NCBI GenBank assembly: GCA_012514745.1
Contig: JAAYZR010000031.1
Span: 1,371 to 65,370 of the forward strand
Length of the DNA: 64,000 bases
Reading direction: 5' to 3'
Source: Candidatus Undivivens industriae
GTDB taxonomy: Bacteria > Omnitrophota > Gorgyraeia > Gygaellales > Profunditerraquicolaceae
Shown here one piece after another: positions 23,120-32,396 of the stretch. The notes beneath the pieces were generated by a model. The model did not search any database, was not told where the DNA came from, and saw only the letters and a list, made by a program, of their open reading frames with translations. How positions within the stretch are numbered: position 1 is the first letter of the stretch; each line of letters begins with the position of its first letter. A program made the position numbers and the translations under genes.

Positions 23120-24421
23120 TTAAATTTTAAAGGTCAGCGTTACAACGCAGATATTTATGAATGTTTCATATTTCCCGTTTATGTCCGCTCCGCTTAAAGA
23201 GCCGACGTCGTTTTTGACGTTTCTTGCAGCGTAGAACATCGCCGCGTAGGCAATATCTATGCCGACGTTCTCTTTTAACTTTATCCCGGCCCCCAGGGTC
23301 ACGATATTCGATTTGGCGTCCGGTACTGAAGTCTCGAAGTTCACCTGGGGTATGGGGGTTTCATGAAAAATATACCCTGCGCGCAGTTTCAAAATCTCAT
23401 TGACTTTGTATTCCGCCCCTACGGCGTAGGCAAAGGAGGGTTTCCAGTCTCTCGGGGCCGGATTGCCGGCGTTCAGCACGCTTAGGCGGCCGGCATTCGA
23501 CTCCGATGGGTATTCGATCTTTTCTTCCTCTATCGACGACCAATCCATCCATTCTGTGTCGAATTCAAGTTTTAATTTATCATTAGGTTTATAACAATAC
23601 CCGAATACTACGCTTTGCGGCAGAGTGGTCTTGCAGGTGATTTCGGTTTCATAGGAAGAGCCGCCGAAATACGCCGGGGAGGCGTATGCTCCGTTTAAAC
23701 CGTTGAGATATATCTTGCCTTTATATTTAACATCCACCGGGCTGCGGTACATAAAGCCGAAACTATGCTGTTTGTTTGCCTTATATAAAGTGGAAAGCCG
23801 GTATCCCCAGGCGTTCTTATCGCTGCCTTTTAACTGGAGATCGCCGTCCGCGCCGCCCCAGGTTTGTTGGGAAAGCATTCTTTTTTTGTTCACATAGGAG
23901 TTGGTATAATCCGCGGCCAGACCTATGGAGAGGTTGTCGTTTATCTCATAGGCCCCGGTTAACATTACATCGTCGGTTCTGTAGTCGGTTTTAGTGGCCA
24001 CGTATTTGGAAAAGCTGTCTTCAGCCCAGTATGTTCCCAGGCCCCAATATGAGGATTCTCCCGCGCCAAAAGAAAACTTTTCCAGGCCGAAGTCGCTCAC
24101 GACGAAGAAATTGGGGATTATGAAAGTTTGTCTGCGCCTGTTGGTCCGTTCACCGGTAGTGTCGTCTTTGTAGGAACAGAAGGGCTGAATTGCTCCGGCG
24201 CCCAGGGAGACGTATGTTTTTCCTTTTAACTGGGTGAGCCCTGCCGGATTGAAATAAACTGCTGAAGGGTTGTCCGCCTGCGCGGCAAAGGCAAGTCCTT
24301 TGCCCAGGGCTTCGGCGTCAACCGCCTCGAGGCGGTAGGAACCGGAGCCGGCGGCACAGGCATTCTTAAAGGGGATGGTCAAGGTCAGAGCGAGCGAGAA
24401 AATTACTAGAGGCTTCTTGAT
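23120..24421 (-). CDS. FadL/OmpP1/TodX outer-membrane hydrophobic-compound channel, probable ATC start
   Basis: ALGKGLA..AQADNPSAVYFNPAGL hatch motif, LRAGY, VPD and beta-strand C-terminus; AGGAGG just upstream of ATC 24421, which gives a clean signal peptide. Confidence 0.88.
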   Translation of the reverse strand: MKKPLVIFSLALTLTIPFKNACAAGSGSYRLEAVDAEALGKGLAFAAQADNPSAVYFNPAGLTQLKGKTYVSLGAGAIQPFCSYKDDTTGERTNRRRQTFIIPNFFVVSDFGLEKFSFGAGESSYWGLGTYWAEDSFSKYVATKTDYRTDDVMLTGAYEINDNLSIGLAADYTNSYVNKKRMLSQQTWGGADGDLQLKGSDKNAWGYRLSTLYKANKQHSFGFMYRSPVDVKYKGKIYLNGLNGAYASPAYFGGSSYETEITCKTTLPQSVVFGYCYKPNDKLKLEFDTEWMDWSSIEEEKIEYPSESNAGRLSVLNAGNPAPRDWKPSFAYAVGAEYKVNEILKLRAGYIFHETPIPQVNFETSVPDAKSNIVTLGAGIKLKENVGIDIAYAAMFYAARNVKNDVGSLSGADINGKYETFINICVVTLTFKI

Positions 24422-24508
24422 TTTTCGTTCCTCCTGATTACTCGGGATCTCATAATGCGCTTGATGAATTATTATAATGGATTTATCCGGTTTGTCCACA
24501 TTTTCCCT

Positions 24509-24628
24509 TATTCCGGGGACACGATACTTAATTATTGCCGGAAGCGCCGCGTATACTCCGAAAAAAGAAAATTGGGAGTTGAGCGTGCTGCGTGAGTGAG
24601 GGGGTAAGGATCTATGGTATCATTCCCA
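24509..24628. repeat. ~118-bp dispersed repeat, copy 1 (GGGGACAC-end element)
   Basis: Near-identical to 50722-50838. Confidence 0.92.
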
Positions 24629-24750
24629 GTGTGCACGGAGCAGGAGGATTGATTTTTTTGCGGCGAAATGGTATTATTCATAAAGATATCCTTATCCCGG
24701 ATTCCAAATCGGAGATAAGCAAAACGATAATCGCAACTCGGAGGAAGCGG

Positions 24751-25137
24751 ATGACAAAGCACAGAGTTATGATCATTGATGACGAGATAAATGCCGTTGA
24801 TTTGTTGAAGCACCGCCTGGAGAGCGAAGGTTATCAGGTGCTGGCTTTATTGAATGCCAAGGAGATCATTTCCGAGGTCCATCGTTTCCTGCCCGATATA
24901 ATAATCCTGGATTTGCTGATGCCGGAATTGGGCGGGTTGGATGCCTGCGAAATGTTGAACAAGGATCCCGTCGGCCAAAGCACGCCTATCATCGTGGTGA
25001 GCGGTTTGAATAAAGATATCGACAAGAAAAAGGCTTATGTAATGGGGATACAGGAATACTTCGTAAAACCCGTGGATATTGAGGTCCTGCTGCAGGCGAT
25101 ACGGAAGTATATAAAGGAAAAAGAGGAAGAGGGATAG
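24751..25137 (+). CDS. Single-domain response regulator
   Basis: MIIDDE, ILDLLMP, VVSG and KPV motifs; SD ggagga before ATG 24751. Confidence 0.9.
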   Translation: MTKHRVMIIDDEINAVDLLKHRLESEGYQVLALLNAKEIISEVHRFLPDIIILDLLMPELGGLDACEMLNKDPVGQSTPIIVVSGLNKDIDKKKAYVMGIQEYFVKPVDIEVLLQAIRKYIKEKEEEG

Positions 25138-25324
25138 TCGGTATAAAACATGTTTCCCGCGTCTGGCCGGGTTCAGCCCGGAGAGCTTCATTATTGTTGA
25201 CTTCGCCGCGCGACGATGTAAAATATCCCCTGGATTATTCTAAGACGGGCAGCTATCGGGAGGAAGGATCTGGATTGTCCGTTCGACCCCCCGGCGCCGG
25301 CACTACTTGCTGATGGAGCGCGTG

Positions 25325-25693
25325 ATGAAGAAGATAAATTGCGATCAATGCAGTAAACCGAGCGCCTGCTGCAGTTTCGGGGCCTGGGTTGACCTGGAAG
25401 AAGCGAAAAGGATTGCCGCCCTGGGTCTGGAAGGCGAGTTTTACCATCTCGAAGTGGATAAGGATTTCCCTTCCGGGTACAGAGTGGGGACGAGTTACGG
25501 CAACAGCCGGTGTTCCTTTCTTACCCCGAGAGGTTTGTGCTCCATTCATATGATAGATTATAAATTCAAGCCTTCCCACTGCAAAGAATTCCCTTATGAG
25601 AACAAGAAACTCTCGCCGTTCGCCAAACATCTTTGCCTTCAGGCCGGGCTTAAGAAGATAACGAAGAGATTATCCCGCGCAGGCAGGCATTAA
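25325..25693 (+). CDS. YkgJ-family cysteine-cluster protein
   Basis: C-x2-C-x4-CC, CSFL...CSIH and KP..CKEFP motifs. Confidence 0.82.
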   Translation: MKKINCDQCSKPSACCSFGAWVDLEEAKRIAALGLEGEFYHLEVDKDFPSGYRVGTSYGNSRCSFLTPRGLCSIHMIDYKFKPSHCKEFPYENKKLSPFAKHLCLQAGLKKITKRLSRAGRH

Positions 25694-25699
25694 TCCGTC

Positions 25700-26410
25700 A
25701 TGAATCTTATCTCTTACGGCTTCCAGGACTCCAACCTTCTGCGGCATATGCCGCGTTTCGACGAGATATCTTACGCCGGCCACAATGAGGACAAGGTCCG
25801 TCTTTACAAAGCCCTTCACGAAGGACAGCCTTGCAGTATTCTTTCGCTGAATTTCATTCGCGGAGATGAGAAGATCCTCTGGGACGCGATAGAGGATTTC
25901 GTGAAACGCGGCACGGCGAACGCCGCTTCCTCTGCCCGCGGCATATATATTTTCGACCTGCTTACCATAGATATACACAGGGAGATCAAGACTTTTAATC
26001 ACGCCGAGCTTTCTGCCGTGATCGTCAACATCGCTCGGAAGATGTCTCCCGGAGAGATGAAGATGGTCAAATATTCCTCTCTCTACGCGCTGCTGAGAAA
26101 AACCGCCGACTACGACTGGGGAAAGATTACTTTCAAAAGCGCGGTCAACGTGTTCAAGGATAAACCGCAGTATCTGGACCTGCTCATCAAGCAGCTTTTA
26201 AAAGATTATATATTCCCCCGAGAGCCGGTTATACTTCTGCTGAACGACATCAGCCAGAATGCGGTATTCGACCCCGGGAATGCGGCTCAACAGGAGAGGC
26301 TGAAAAAGGTGATAGCCGGTCTTGTCCCGAATTCGATGGAGTTTGTCCCGGAGGTCTATATACAGGATAAGAACGGGGCAAGAGAACTTCTTTCAGGGTG
26401 CAGTCTATGA
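25700..26410 (+). CDS. Hypothetical protein
   Basis: 236-aa ORF tightly packed between YkgJ and S4 genes; no motif recognised. Confidence 0.7.
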   Translation: MNLISYGFQDSNLLRHMPRFDEISYAGHNEDKVRLYKALHEGQPCSILSLNFIRGDEKILWDAIEDFVKRGTANAASSARGIYIFDLLTIDIHREIKTFNHAELSAVIVNIARKMSPGEMKMVKYSSLYALLRKTADYDWGKITFKSAVNVFKDKPQYLDLLIKQLLKDYIFPREPVILLLNDISQNAVFDPGNAAQQERLKKVIAGLVPNSMEFVPEVYIQDKNGARELLSGCSL

Positions 26411-26631
26411 CGGCAATGGGAGGCCCGGTGGATCTCGCGCTTAAGGGTGAATACATCGAGCTGGACAATCTCTTGAAGAACGCCGGTATCGCCTCAAGCG
26501 GCGGCGAGGCCGGGCAGTTTATCCGCTCCGGCTCGGTGAAAGTCAACGGAGAAACGGAAACGCGCGTCCGCCGCAAACTGCGCCGGGGTGACAGCGTGGA
26601 GTCAGGCGGCCTGCGGATAAATATCGTATAG
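26407..26631 (+). CDS. S4-domain RNA-binding protein (YaaA/YbcJ-like)
   Basis: YIELDNLLK..GIASSGGEA..VKVNGE.ETR.RRKL..GD. Confidence 0.9.
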   Translation: MTAMGGPVDLALKGEYIELDNLLKNAGIASSGGEAGQFIRSGSVKVNGETETRVRRKLRRGDSVESGGLRINIV

Positions 26632-26752
26632 CATCCGCGCCTTTATCATTACCGCTCTTATCAAAACGAGCAGGAGGATGCGCGGGCGTAACCGGGAAAT
26701 TGCGGAAGAATAGTTACCAAAATGGGGTTTTTTTTACTTGTAATAGTGTAAG

Positions 26753-26810
26753 GCACATCGGCGTGTAGGAAACAAACATAGGCGTTCTGCAGACAGAACG
26801 TCGTTTTTTT
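26753..26810 (+). promoter_or_regulatory. ANTAR-type dual-hairpin attenuator overlapping an intrinsic terminator
   Basis: gcac-ATCGGC-gtgt and aac-ATAGGC-gtt hexaloops (A1, G4); the second overlaps terminator ggcgttct..agaacgtc-T7. Confidence 0.72.
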
Positions 26811-26878
26811 ACAGACGCGGGCGTCTTTTTAATCCAGGGTGGATTATAAAGGCGCTTTTTTATTTTAAAGGAGGGAGT

Positions 26879-28237
26879 ATGCGAAAAATCGTTTTACTGT
26901 TATTGGCGGCAATACTGGGGGAGACTGCTTTGTGTTTTGCCCAGGACCCGGCCGGCGCGGCCACTCTGGCGGCCAATGCTTCCGCGCCGATCGATTATGT
27001 CTGGGTGCTTGTTTGCGGTTTTCTTGTTTTTTTCATGCAGGCGGGTTTTGCCATGGTGGAAGCCGGTTTTTGCCGCGCGAAGAACGCCACCAACCTGATG
27101 GCCAAGAACACCATAGATTTCGTCGTGGCGTCTTTGGTCTTCATGGCTTTCGGTTTCGCTTTTATGATGGGAACGGATTTCAAAGGATTGATAGGTATAT
27201 CTGGCTGGTTCCTGCGCGGAGAAAACTATGACGTGGGCAGGTACTTGTTGTTTTTCTGGCAGTTGGTTTTTGCCGGCACAGCCGCTACTATCGTCTCCGG
27301 GGCGGTCGCGGAAAGGCTCAAATTCAAAGCTTATTTCCTTTACAGCCTTGCGGTCACCGCTATTATTTATCCTATATACGGGCATTGGGTCTGGGGAGGC
27401 GGCTGGCTTTCCAAACTTTCTTTTGGAGCCGGGCATGTTGATTTCGCCGGTTCAGGAGTGGTGCATACCATAGGGGGTTTCGTGGGATTGGCCGGCGCAA
27501 TAGCGCTTGGTCCGCGTTTCGGCAAGTTCGGCAAGGACGGTAAGCCTAAAGCGATCCCCGGGCACAGCATTGTCCTGGCCGCGCTGGGGACTTTCATTCT
27601 CTGGTTCGGGTGGTTCGGTTTTAACCCCGGTTCCACTTTTTCAGCACACCAGTTGAGGATAGCGGTAATCGCGGTGAACACCAACCTGGCTGCGGCCGCG
27701 GGCGCGGCGGTGGCGATACTGCTGGTTTTCGCAAAAACCGGGAAATGGGATGTCGGCATGATGTTAAACGGTTGTCTCGCCGGCCTGGTGGCGATAACCG
27801 CTCCCTGCGCCTGGGTCGAGGCATGGGCGGCCGTGGTTATCGGGGCGGTAGCCGGATTGCTCGTTATTTTGAGCGTTTATTTCTGGGAGAACATCGGGGT
27901 CGATGACCCGGTAGGCGCGGTGAGCGTTCACGGCATAAACGGCATCTGGGGGCTTTTGAGCGTCGGACTCTTCGCCGACGGCACTTACGGCCTTTGCACC
28001 AGCGAAGCGCCCTTGATCAGAGGGCTTTTCTACGGCGGCGGCGCCGGACAATTGGCCGCCCAGGCGATAGGGGCGGCGGTCTGCGCCTGCTGGGCGTTCG
28101 GACTCGGTTTCATAGTATTCAAACTTATGGATAAATACTTCGGCATCAGGGTATCTCCTCATGAGGAGATTAAAGGCCTTGACTTGCAGGAACACGGCAC
28201 GCCTGCATACCCGAATTTTTACACCTTCAACAACTAA
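26879..28237 (+). CDS. amtB: Ammonium transporter
   Basis: FMQAGFAMVEAG, SGAVAER, DFAGSGVVH, WFGWFGFNPGS and DDPVGAVSVHG motifs. Confidence 0.97.
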   Translation: MRKIVLLLLAAILGETALCFAQDPAGAATLAANASAPIDYVWVLVCGFLVFFMQAGFAMVEAGFCRAKNATNLMAKNTIDFVVASLVFMAFGFAFMMGTDFKGLIGISGWFLRGENYDVGRYLLFFWQLVFAGTAATIVSGAVAERLKFKAYFLYSLAVTAIIYPIYGHWVWGGGWLSKLSFGAGHVDFAGSGVVHTIGGFVGLAGAIALGPRFGKFGKDGKPKAIPGHSIVLAALGTFILWFGWFGFNPGSTFSAHQLRIAVIAVNTNLAAAAGAAVAILLVFAKTGKWDVGMMLNGCLAGLVAITAPCAWVEAWAAVVIGAVAGLLVILSVYFWENIGVDDPVGAVSVHGINGIWGLLSVGLFADGTYGLCTSEAPLIRGLFYGGGAGQLAAQAIGAAVCACWAFGLGFIVFKLMDKYFGIRVSPHEEIKGLDLQEHGTPAYPNFYTFNN

Positions 28238-28292
28238 AATGTTATTCGCCCCCTCCCTCGGCGTGGGGACCCCATAAGGAGGATATGACAAG

Positions 28293-28631
28293 ATGAAAAA
28301 AATAGAAGCTGTAATAAGAGTAGAGAAGCTGGATGAGATGACGGAGGCCCTTGAAAAATGCGGCTGTCCGGGCATGATGGTAACTCATATCGAAGGGCAC
28401 GGCCGCCAGAAAGGGATAATAGAGCAGTTCAGAGGCAGGGAATTCAAACTCAATTTCATTCCCAAGGTGAAGATAGAGATAGTGCTTAAGGACTCGCAGG
28501 TGGATAGTGTCCTGAAATTGATTACCGGTATAGCCAGGACCGGAGAGATCGGCGACGGGAAGATATTTGTCTGTCCCGTCGAAGACGTGGTCAGGATACG
28601 CACCGCGGAGAAAGGCGAGAGCGCGATCTAA
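28293..28631 (+). CDS. glnK: P-II nitrogen regulator
   Basis: GHGRQKG, PKVKIEIV and TGEIGDGKIF motifs; follows amtB. Confidence 0.93.
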   Translation: MKKIEAVIRVEKLDEMTEALEKCGCPGMMVTHIEGHGRQKGIIEQFRGREFKLNFIPKVKIEIVLKDSQVDSVLKLITGIARTGEIGDGKIFVCPVEDVVRIRTAEKGESAI

Positions 28632-28684
28632 ACCTGATATCCTGCGCGGGGCAGCGGACCGCGCGCGGCGTAGTAACCGGACAG

Positions 28685-28710
28685 AGGCGTCTCTTAAGGG
28701 ACGCCTTTTC
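28685..28710 (+). terminator. Intrinsic terminator after glnK
   Basis: aggcgtctc-ttaa-gggacgcct-ttt. Confidence 0.6.
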
Positions 28711-28889
28711 CGTATAAAGCAGGCGCGCCCAGCCCGGCGCGCGTTCAGAATCCCCGCTTGTTCCTTCCGCGGGCAGGAGTCTATTTTTTCTTGTCCTTCC
28801 CCCATAAAAGTCTATAATAAAATCCGGATTAGCGTCCGCGCGTAGAACCGGGGATATCCCGCCGGAAAGGAAAGGATAAGGAAAGGATT

Positions 28890-29951
28890 ATGAAAAGCGA
28901 CGTCTATTTTGTCAGGCTGGATTCCACAGATATTGAAATGCGGGTGGAAGCATTGAACAAGCTTCTGAAGGCCGTGGATCCTTTGGTAGTTTACGCCCCA
29001 AACGAGATGGTCCCGGTTAAGCTTACGGTGGGTGATTATATGTCGGCTCATCATCTCGATCCTGAACTTGCGAAACAGGCGGCCGGCTGGCTGAAGGGAA
29101 AGAAGACCAGGCCGTTCCTTTTCGATACCTCCGTGATTTACAACGGGCAGAGACAGAACGCGGTGGACCATATGAACCTGGCGCAAAGCAAAGGTTTCGG
29201 TCATGACAACACCGGGGTCCCGTTCATCGTCGCCGATGGAGTGCTGGGCCAGGACGGCCGGGAGTATTCCGTCGGTTCTCCGGAGATAAAACATATAAAA
29301 GTCCCGTCTTTCGTCGGGATGCTGGACAGCCTGCTGGTGCTTTCTCATCCCACCGGGCACGTCGTCACCCAGTACGCCGGCGCGCTGAAGAATGTGGCGA
29401 TGGGGATGGTCTGCCGGCCCACCAAGCAGGTGCAGCATTCTTCTCTTAAACCGGCGGTGATAGCAAAAAAATGCACCGGCTGCGGGTGCTGCGAAAGGAT
29501 ATGCCCGGCGGGGGCGGTATCCTTCAGGGAGGGAAAAGCCTTCATCGACAAGGAGCGTTGTCTCGGCTGCGGCGAATGTCTCTGCGCCTGTAAATTCGGC
29601 GCAATTTTCATCAACTGGGAAGAGGAGCCGTTAGTTCTCTGCAGGCGCATGGTGCACGTGGCGAAATTCATCCTTTCCCGTTTCAAGAACGTTTTCTTCA
29701 TCAATTTCGCTTTCGGCGTCACCCGGGACTGCGACTGTATCTCCGATAAGGACGACGTTATGTTGGCCGGAGATATCGGTATCCTGGCCTCGCGGGACAT
29801 CGTGAGCGTGGACAAGGCGACGCTGGACCAGATCGCCGCGCACAAGAAAGCGGCTCTGCCGGGCAGACGCGGAGAATTGGCTTTGCGGGTGTTAGAGTTC
29901 GCCGCGGAGAACGGGCTGGGTAATCCGGAATATAATCTCATAGAATTATGA
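28890..29951 (+). CDS. DUF362 protein with a 2x[4Fe-4S] ferredoxin insert
   Basis: DTSVIY.G.R.NAVDH, GALKNVAMG, two CxxCxxCxxxC motifs, CDC and DIVSVDKA. Confidence 0.9.
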   Translation: MKSDVYFVRLDSTDIEMRVEALNKLLKAVDPLVVYAPNEMVPVKLTVGDYMSAHHLDPELAKQAAGWLKGKKTRPFLFDTSVIYNGQRQNAVDHMNLAQSKGFGHDNTGVPFIVADGVLGQDGREYSVGSPEIKHIKVPSFVGMLDSLLVLSHPTGHVVTQYAGALKNVAMGMVCRPTKQVQHSSLKPAVIAKKCTGCGCCERICPAGAVSFREGKAFIDKERCLGCGECLCACKFGAIFINWEEEPLVLCRRMVHVAKFILSRFKNVFFINFAFGVTRDCDCISDKDDVMLAGDIGILASRDIVSVDKATLDQIAAHKKAALPGRRGELALRVLEFAAENGLGNPEYNLIEL

Positions 29952-30011
29952 ACCTGATTCCTTGATCCCGGGGACACAATTATCGCAACCGATAAACGAT
30001 AGACGAATCCT

Positions 30012-31565
30012 ATGATTGTGAAGCGGACTATTTTGTTTTATTTTTTACTTATACTATCGGCCGGGTTGGCATTACGCCTGCACGGTTTCTTTGAACGTTC
30101 TCTGGGAACGGACGAATCCATAAGCCTTTTTCTTGCCTCCGGGCACGGTATGGATGTCAAAGCCTTCACCGAAAAGGCATCGGCGGCAGGCAACGGTTTC
30201 CATTGTGCGGCAAAGGACCTTAAACGTTTCTTCAGGGCGGACCGCGCGCTTTCTTTCGGAGAGTATACCGGCAGTCTGGCGCGGCTTGACCCGCATCCGC
30301 CGCTGTATCTTTGGTTTGTGTTTTTCTTGATGCGTTTTTTCTCGGACAGCCTGGCGGCGGTCAGGGTTTTTTCGCTGTTGATGGGGCTTCTCTCCGTGTA
30401 TCTGGCGTATCTCCTGGCAAAGGAACTCTTCGATGAGCGGGCCGGGATCTTCGCGGCCGCCTTCTTGAGCGTCTCCGCGCTGGCGGTGCGCTATTCCCAG
30501 GAAGCGCGCTCCTATAGTTTGGTCCTTGCGCTGGGGCTGCTCGCCTGGCTCTTCCTGGCGCGGTTCGAAAAACGCGGCAAACTACCGGACGCCTTGTTTT
30601 TTGCCGTCTTCAACTGCCTGGGTATTTACGCGCATTATTTCTTCGTTTTTCCGGCCTTCGCGTTTTTCGTTTATTTTACCCTGATGCACAGGGAACACAG
30701 CCGTCTGCTGGATGGATTCTACGCGGCGTTACTTTTTTCTTTGTTGTGGCTGCTTCCCTGGGCTTTGTTCATGCTGGGCCGCGGTTACCGTTTCGACCTG
30801 GTGGAATGGATCTTCGCCTACCCGGGGATGATCGATAAGATAACCGGTTTTCTCGGCGGGATGGGAAAGCTTCTTTTTATTTTTCCCTCTTCATCCGTTC
30901 TCCTGGCCGCGGGTTCGCTGCTTTTCTTGTTGTTGATGTTTTACTCCGGGAAAAGGCTTTTGAAGGAATTCCCCCGGCAGTTATTTTTCTGCGTCTGCGT
31001 GTTATTCATTCCCTTGCTGGCAATGCTGGCGTTAGATCTTCTGCAGGGCGGGCTGATGCTCAGGCAGGAGCGTTTCTGGATTTTTCCCTTGCTGGGGATG
31101 ATTCCGTTTGCCGGATATTCTTTCAGCCGTCTTTTCCGGGATAAACGACCCGTCGTTTATTGCCTGTTCGCCTTGATGTTTCTTTCCTCCTTATTGACGG
31201 CCGGCAGGCAGATAGGCCCGGCGCCCCGGGCGTTGTCGGAATGGATTAACGGCGAGTCTAAAGGGAAGACGGCCGCGGTGATAGTCTATAACTTCAGGAC
31301 GGTAACCATGCCGCAGTCGTTTTACCTGGACGACGATATCCTGTTATTCCCGGTCTCCAACGCCGAGCAGTTCACGGCGGCGCTGGAGGCCGCAGTGGGC
31401 CCGGCGGACAATGTTTTCGTGGTCAGGCATCTTCATCACGCAGATCCCGCTTTGATGGACGAGCCGTTCATGCGCTCGGAGGTCAAAGAGCCCGGCCTGC
31501 GGCTCAAAAGCAGGTTCTTCAGGGATAATATCGGCGCGGTTGAATACGTGAAAGGGCAGGGGTGA
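30012..31565 (+). CDS. GT-C (family 39 / PMT-like) membrane glycosyltransferase
   Basis: TDE, DPHPPLY, YSQEARSYS and YAHYF motifs; multi-TM. Confidence 0.87.
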   Translation: MIVKRTILFYFLLILSAGLALRLHGFFERSLGTDESISLFLASGHGMDVKAFTEKASAAGNGFHCAAKDLKRFFRADRALSFGEYTGSLARLDPHPPLYLWFVFFLMRFFSDSLAAVRVFSLLMGLLSVYLAYLLAKELFDERAGIFAAAFLSVSALAVRYSQEARSYSLVLALGLLAWLFLARFEKRGKLPDALFFAVFNCLGIYAHYFFVFPAFAFFVYFTLMHREHSRLLDGFYAALLFSLLWLLPWALFMLGRGYRFDLVEWIFAYPGMIDKITGFLGGMGKLLFIFPSSSVLLAAGSLLFLLLMFYSGKRLLKEFPRQLFFCVCVLFIPLLAMLALDLLQGGLMLRQERFWIFPLLGMIPFAGYSFSRLFRDKRPVVYCLFALMFLSSLLTAGRQIGPAPRALSEWINGESKGKTAAVIVYNFRTVTMPQSFYLDDDILLFPVSNAEQFTAALEAAVGPADNVFVVRHLHHADPALMDEPFMRSEVKEPGLRLKSRFFRDNIGAVEYVKGQG

Positions 31566-32299
31566 CGGACACGACGCTGATTTCCATAATCATACCTGCT
31601 TATAACGAAGAACTGCGGATACCGCCTTATCTCCGGCGGTTATCTTCATATTGCGCTTCCGCCGGAGCCGGCCTGCGCTTCGAGATAATCGTGGTGGATG
31701 ACGGCAGCAGCGATAATACGGCCGGGATAGCCGCCGCCTGCCCCGGGGTGCGCGTCATCCGCCTGGAAAAAAACACGGGCAAGGGATACGCTGTGTCCAG
31801 GGGTCTGCTTGAGGCCGCGGGAGAAGTCCGTTTATTCCTGGACGCGGACGGCTCGGTCGCTCCTGAAGAGATCGGCAGGAACCTGCATTATATTTTTGAG
31901 GACGGTTACCATATTTTCGCCGGCTCCCGGGTCTTGAAAGGCCGGGGATGCCGCTTGAAGGCGAAATGGTACAGGAGGGTTATGGGGTGGATGTTTAATC
32001 TTGTTCTGCATTCTGCGCTGCCTTTAAAAGTGCGGGACACGCAGTGCGGTTTCAAGATGTTCCGCGCCGCCGCGGTCGGCCCTTTGTTCGGGAACGGCTG
32101 CCTTTGCGGATACGCTTTCGATATCGAGATACTCTTGAAGGCGCAATATGCCGGCTACAGGATAAAAGAGGGGCCGGTTTCCTGGGAGCATATCGGCGGC
32201 TCGAAAGTCGATCTTTTGGCTGATTCACTGCTCCTGCTGGCGGATATATTCCGCCTCAGGAAGAAGTATGCCCGCAGACAACTGCGCGCCGGCGCATAA
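31562..32299 (+). CDS. GT2 polyprenyl-phosphate glycosyltransferase (dolichyl-P glucosyltransferase-like)
   Basis: IPAYNEE, VDDGSSD, GKGYAV, DADG, DTQCGFKMF and FDIE motifs. Confidence 0.9.
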   Translation: MTDTTLISIIIPAYNEELRIPPYLRRLSSYCASAGAGLRFEIIVVDDGSSDNTAGIAAACPGVRVIRLEKNTGKGYAVSRGLLEAAGEVRLFLDADGSVAPEEIGRNLHYIFEDGYHIFAGSRVLKGRGCRLKAKWYRRVMGWMFNLVLHSALPLKVRDTQCGFKMFRAAAVGPLFGNGCLCGYAFDIEILLKAQYAGYRIKEGPVSWEHIGGSKVDLLADSLLLLADIFRLRKKYARRQLRAGA

Positions 32300-32396
32300 A
32301 AACAATTGTCAAAATCAGAAATATGTATATAATAGAATAATAACATTAGAATTACCTGCGTAAACACATTTCCGCAGTACCGCCAATATCACAAAT

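Noticed and set aside
24592-24750. N-terminal extension of the response regulator
   Set aside because: It begins inside the dispersed repeat; a proper SD and ATG lie at 24751
25240-25310. tRNA (gttcga T-loop-like motif)
   Set aside because: No cloverleaf, acceptor stem or anticodon arm
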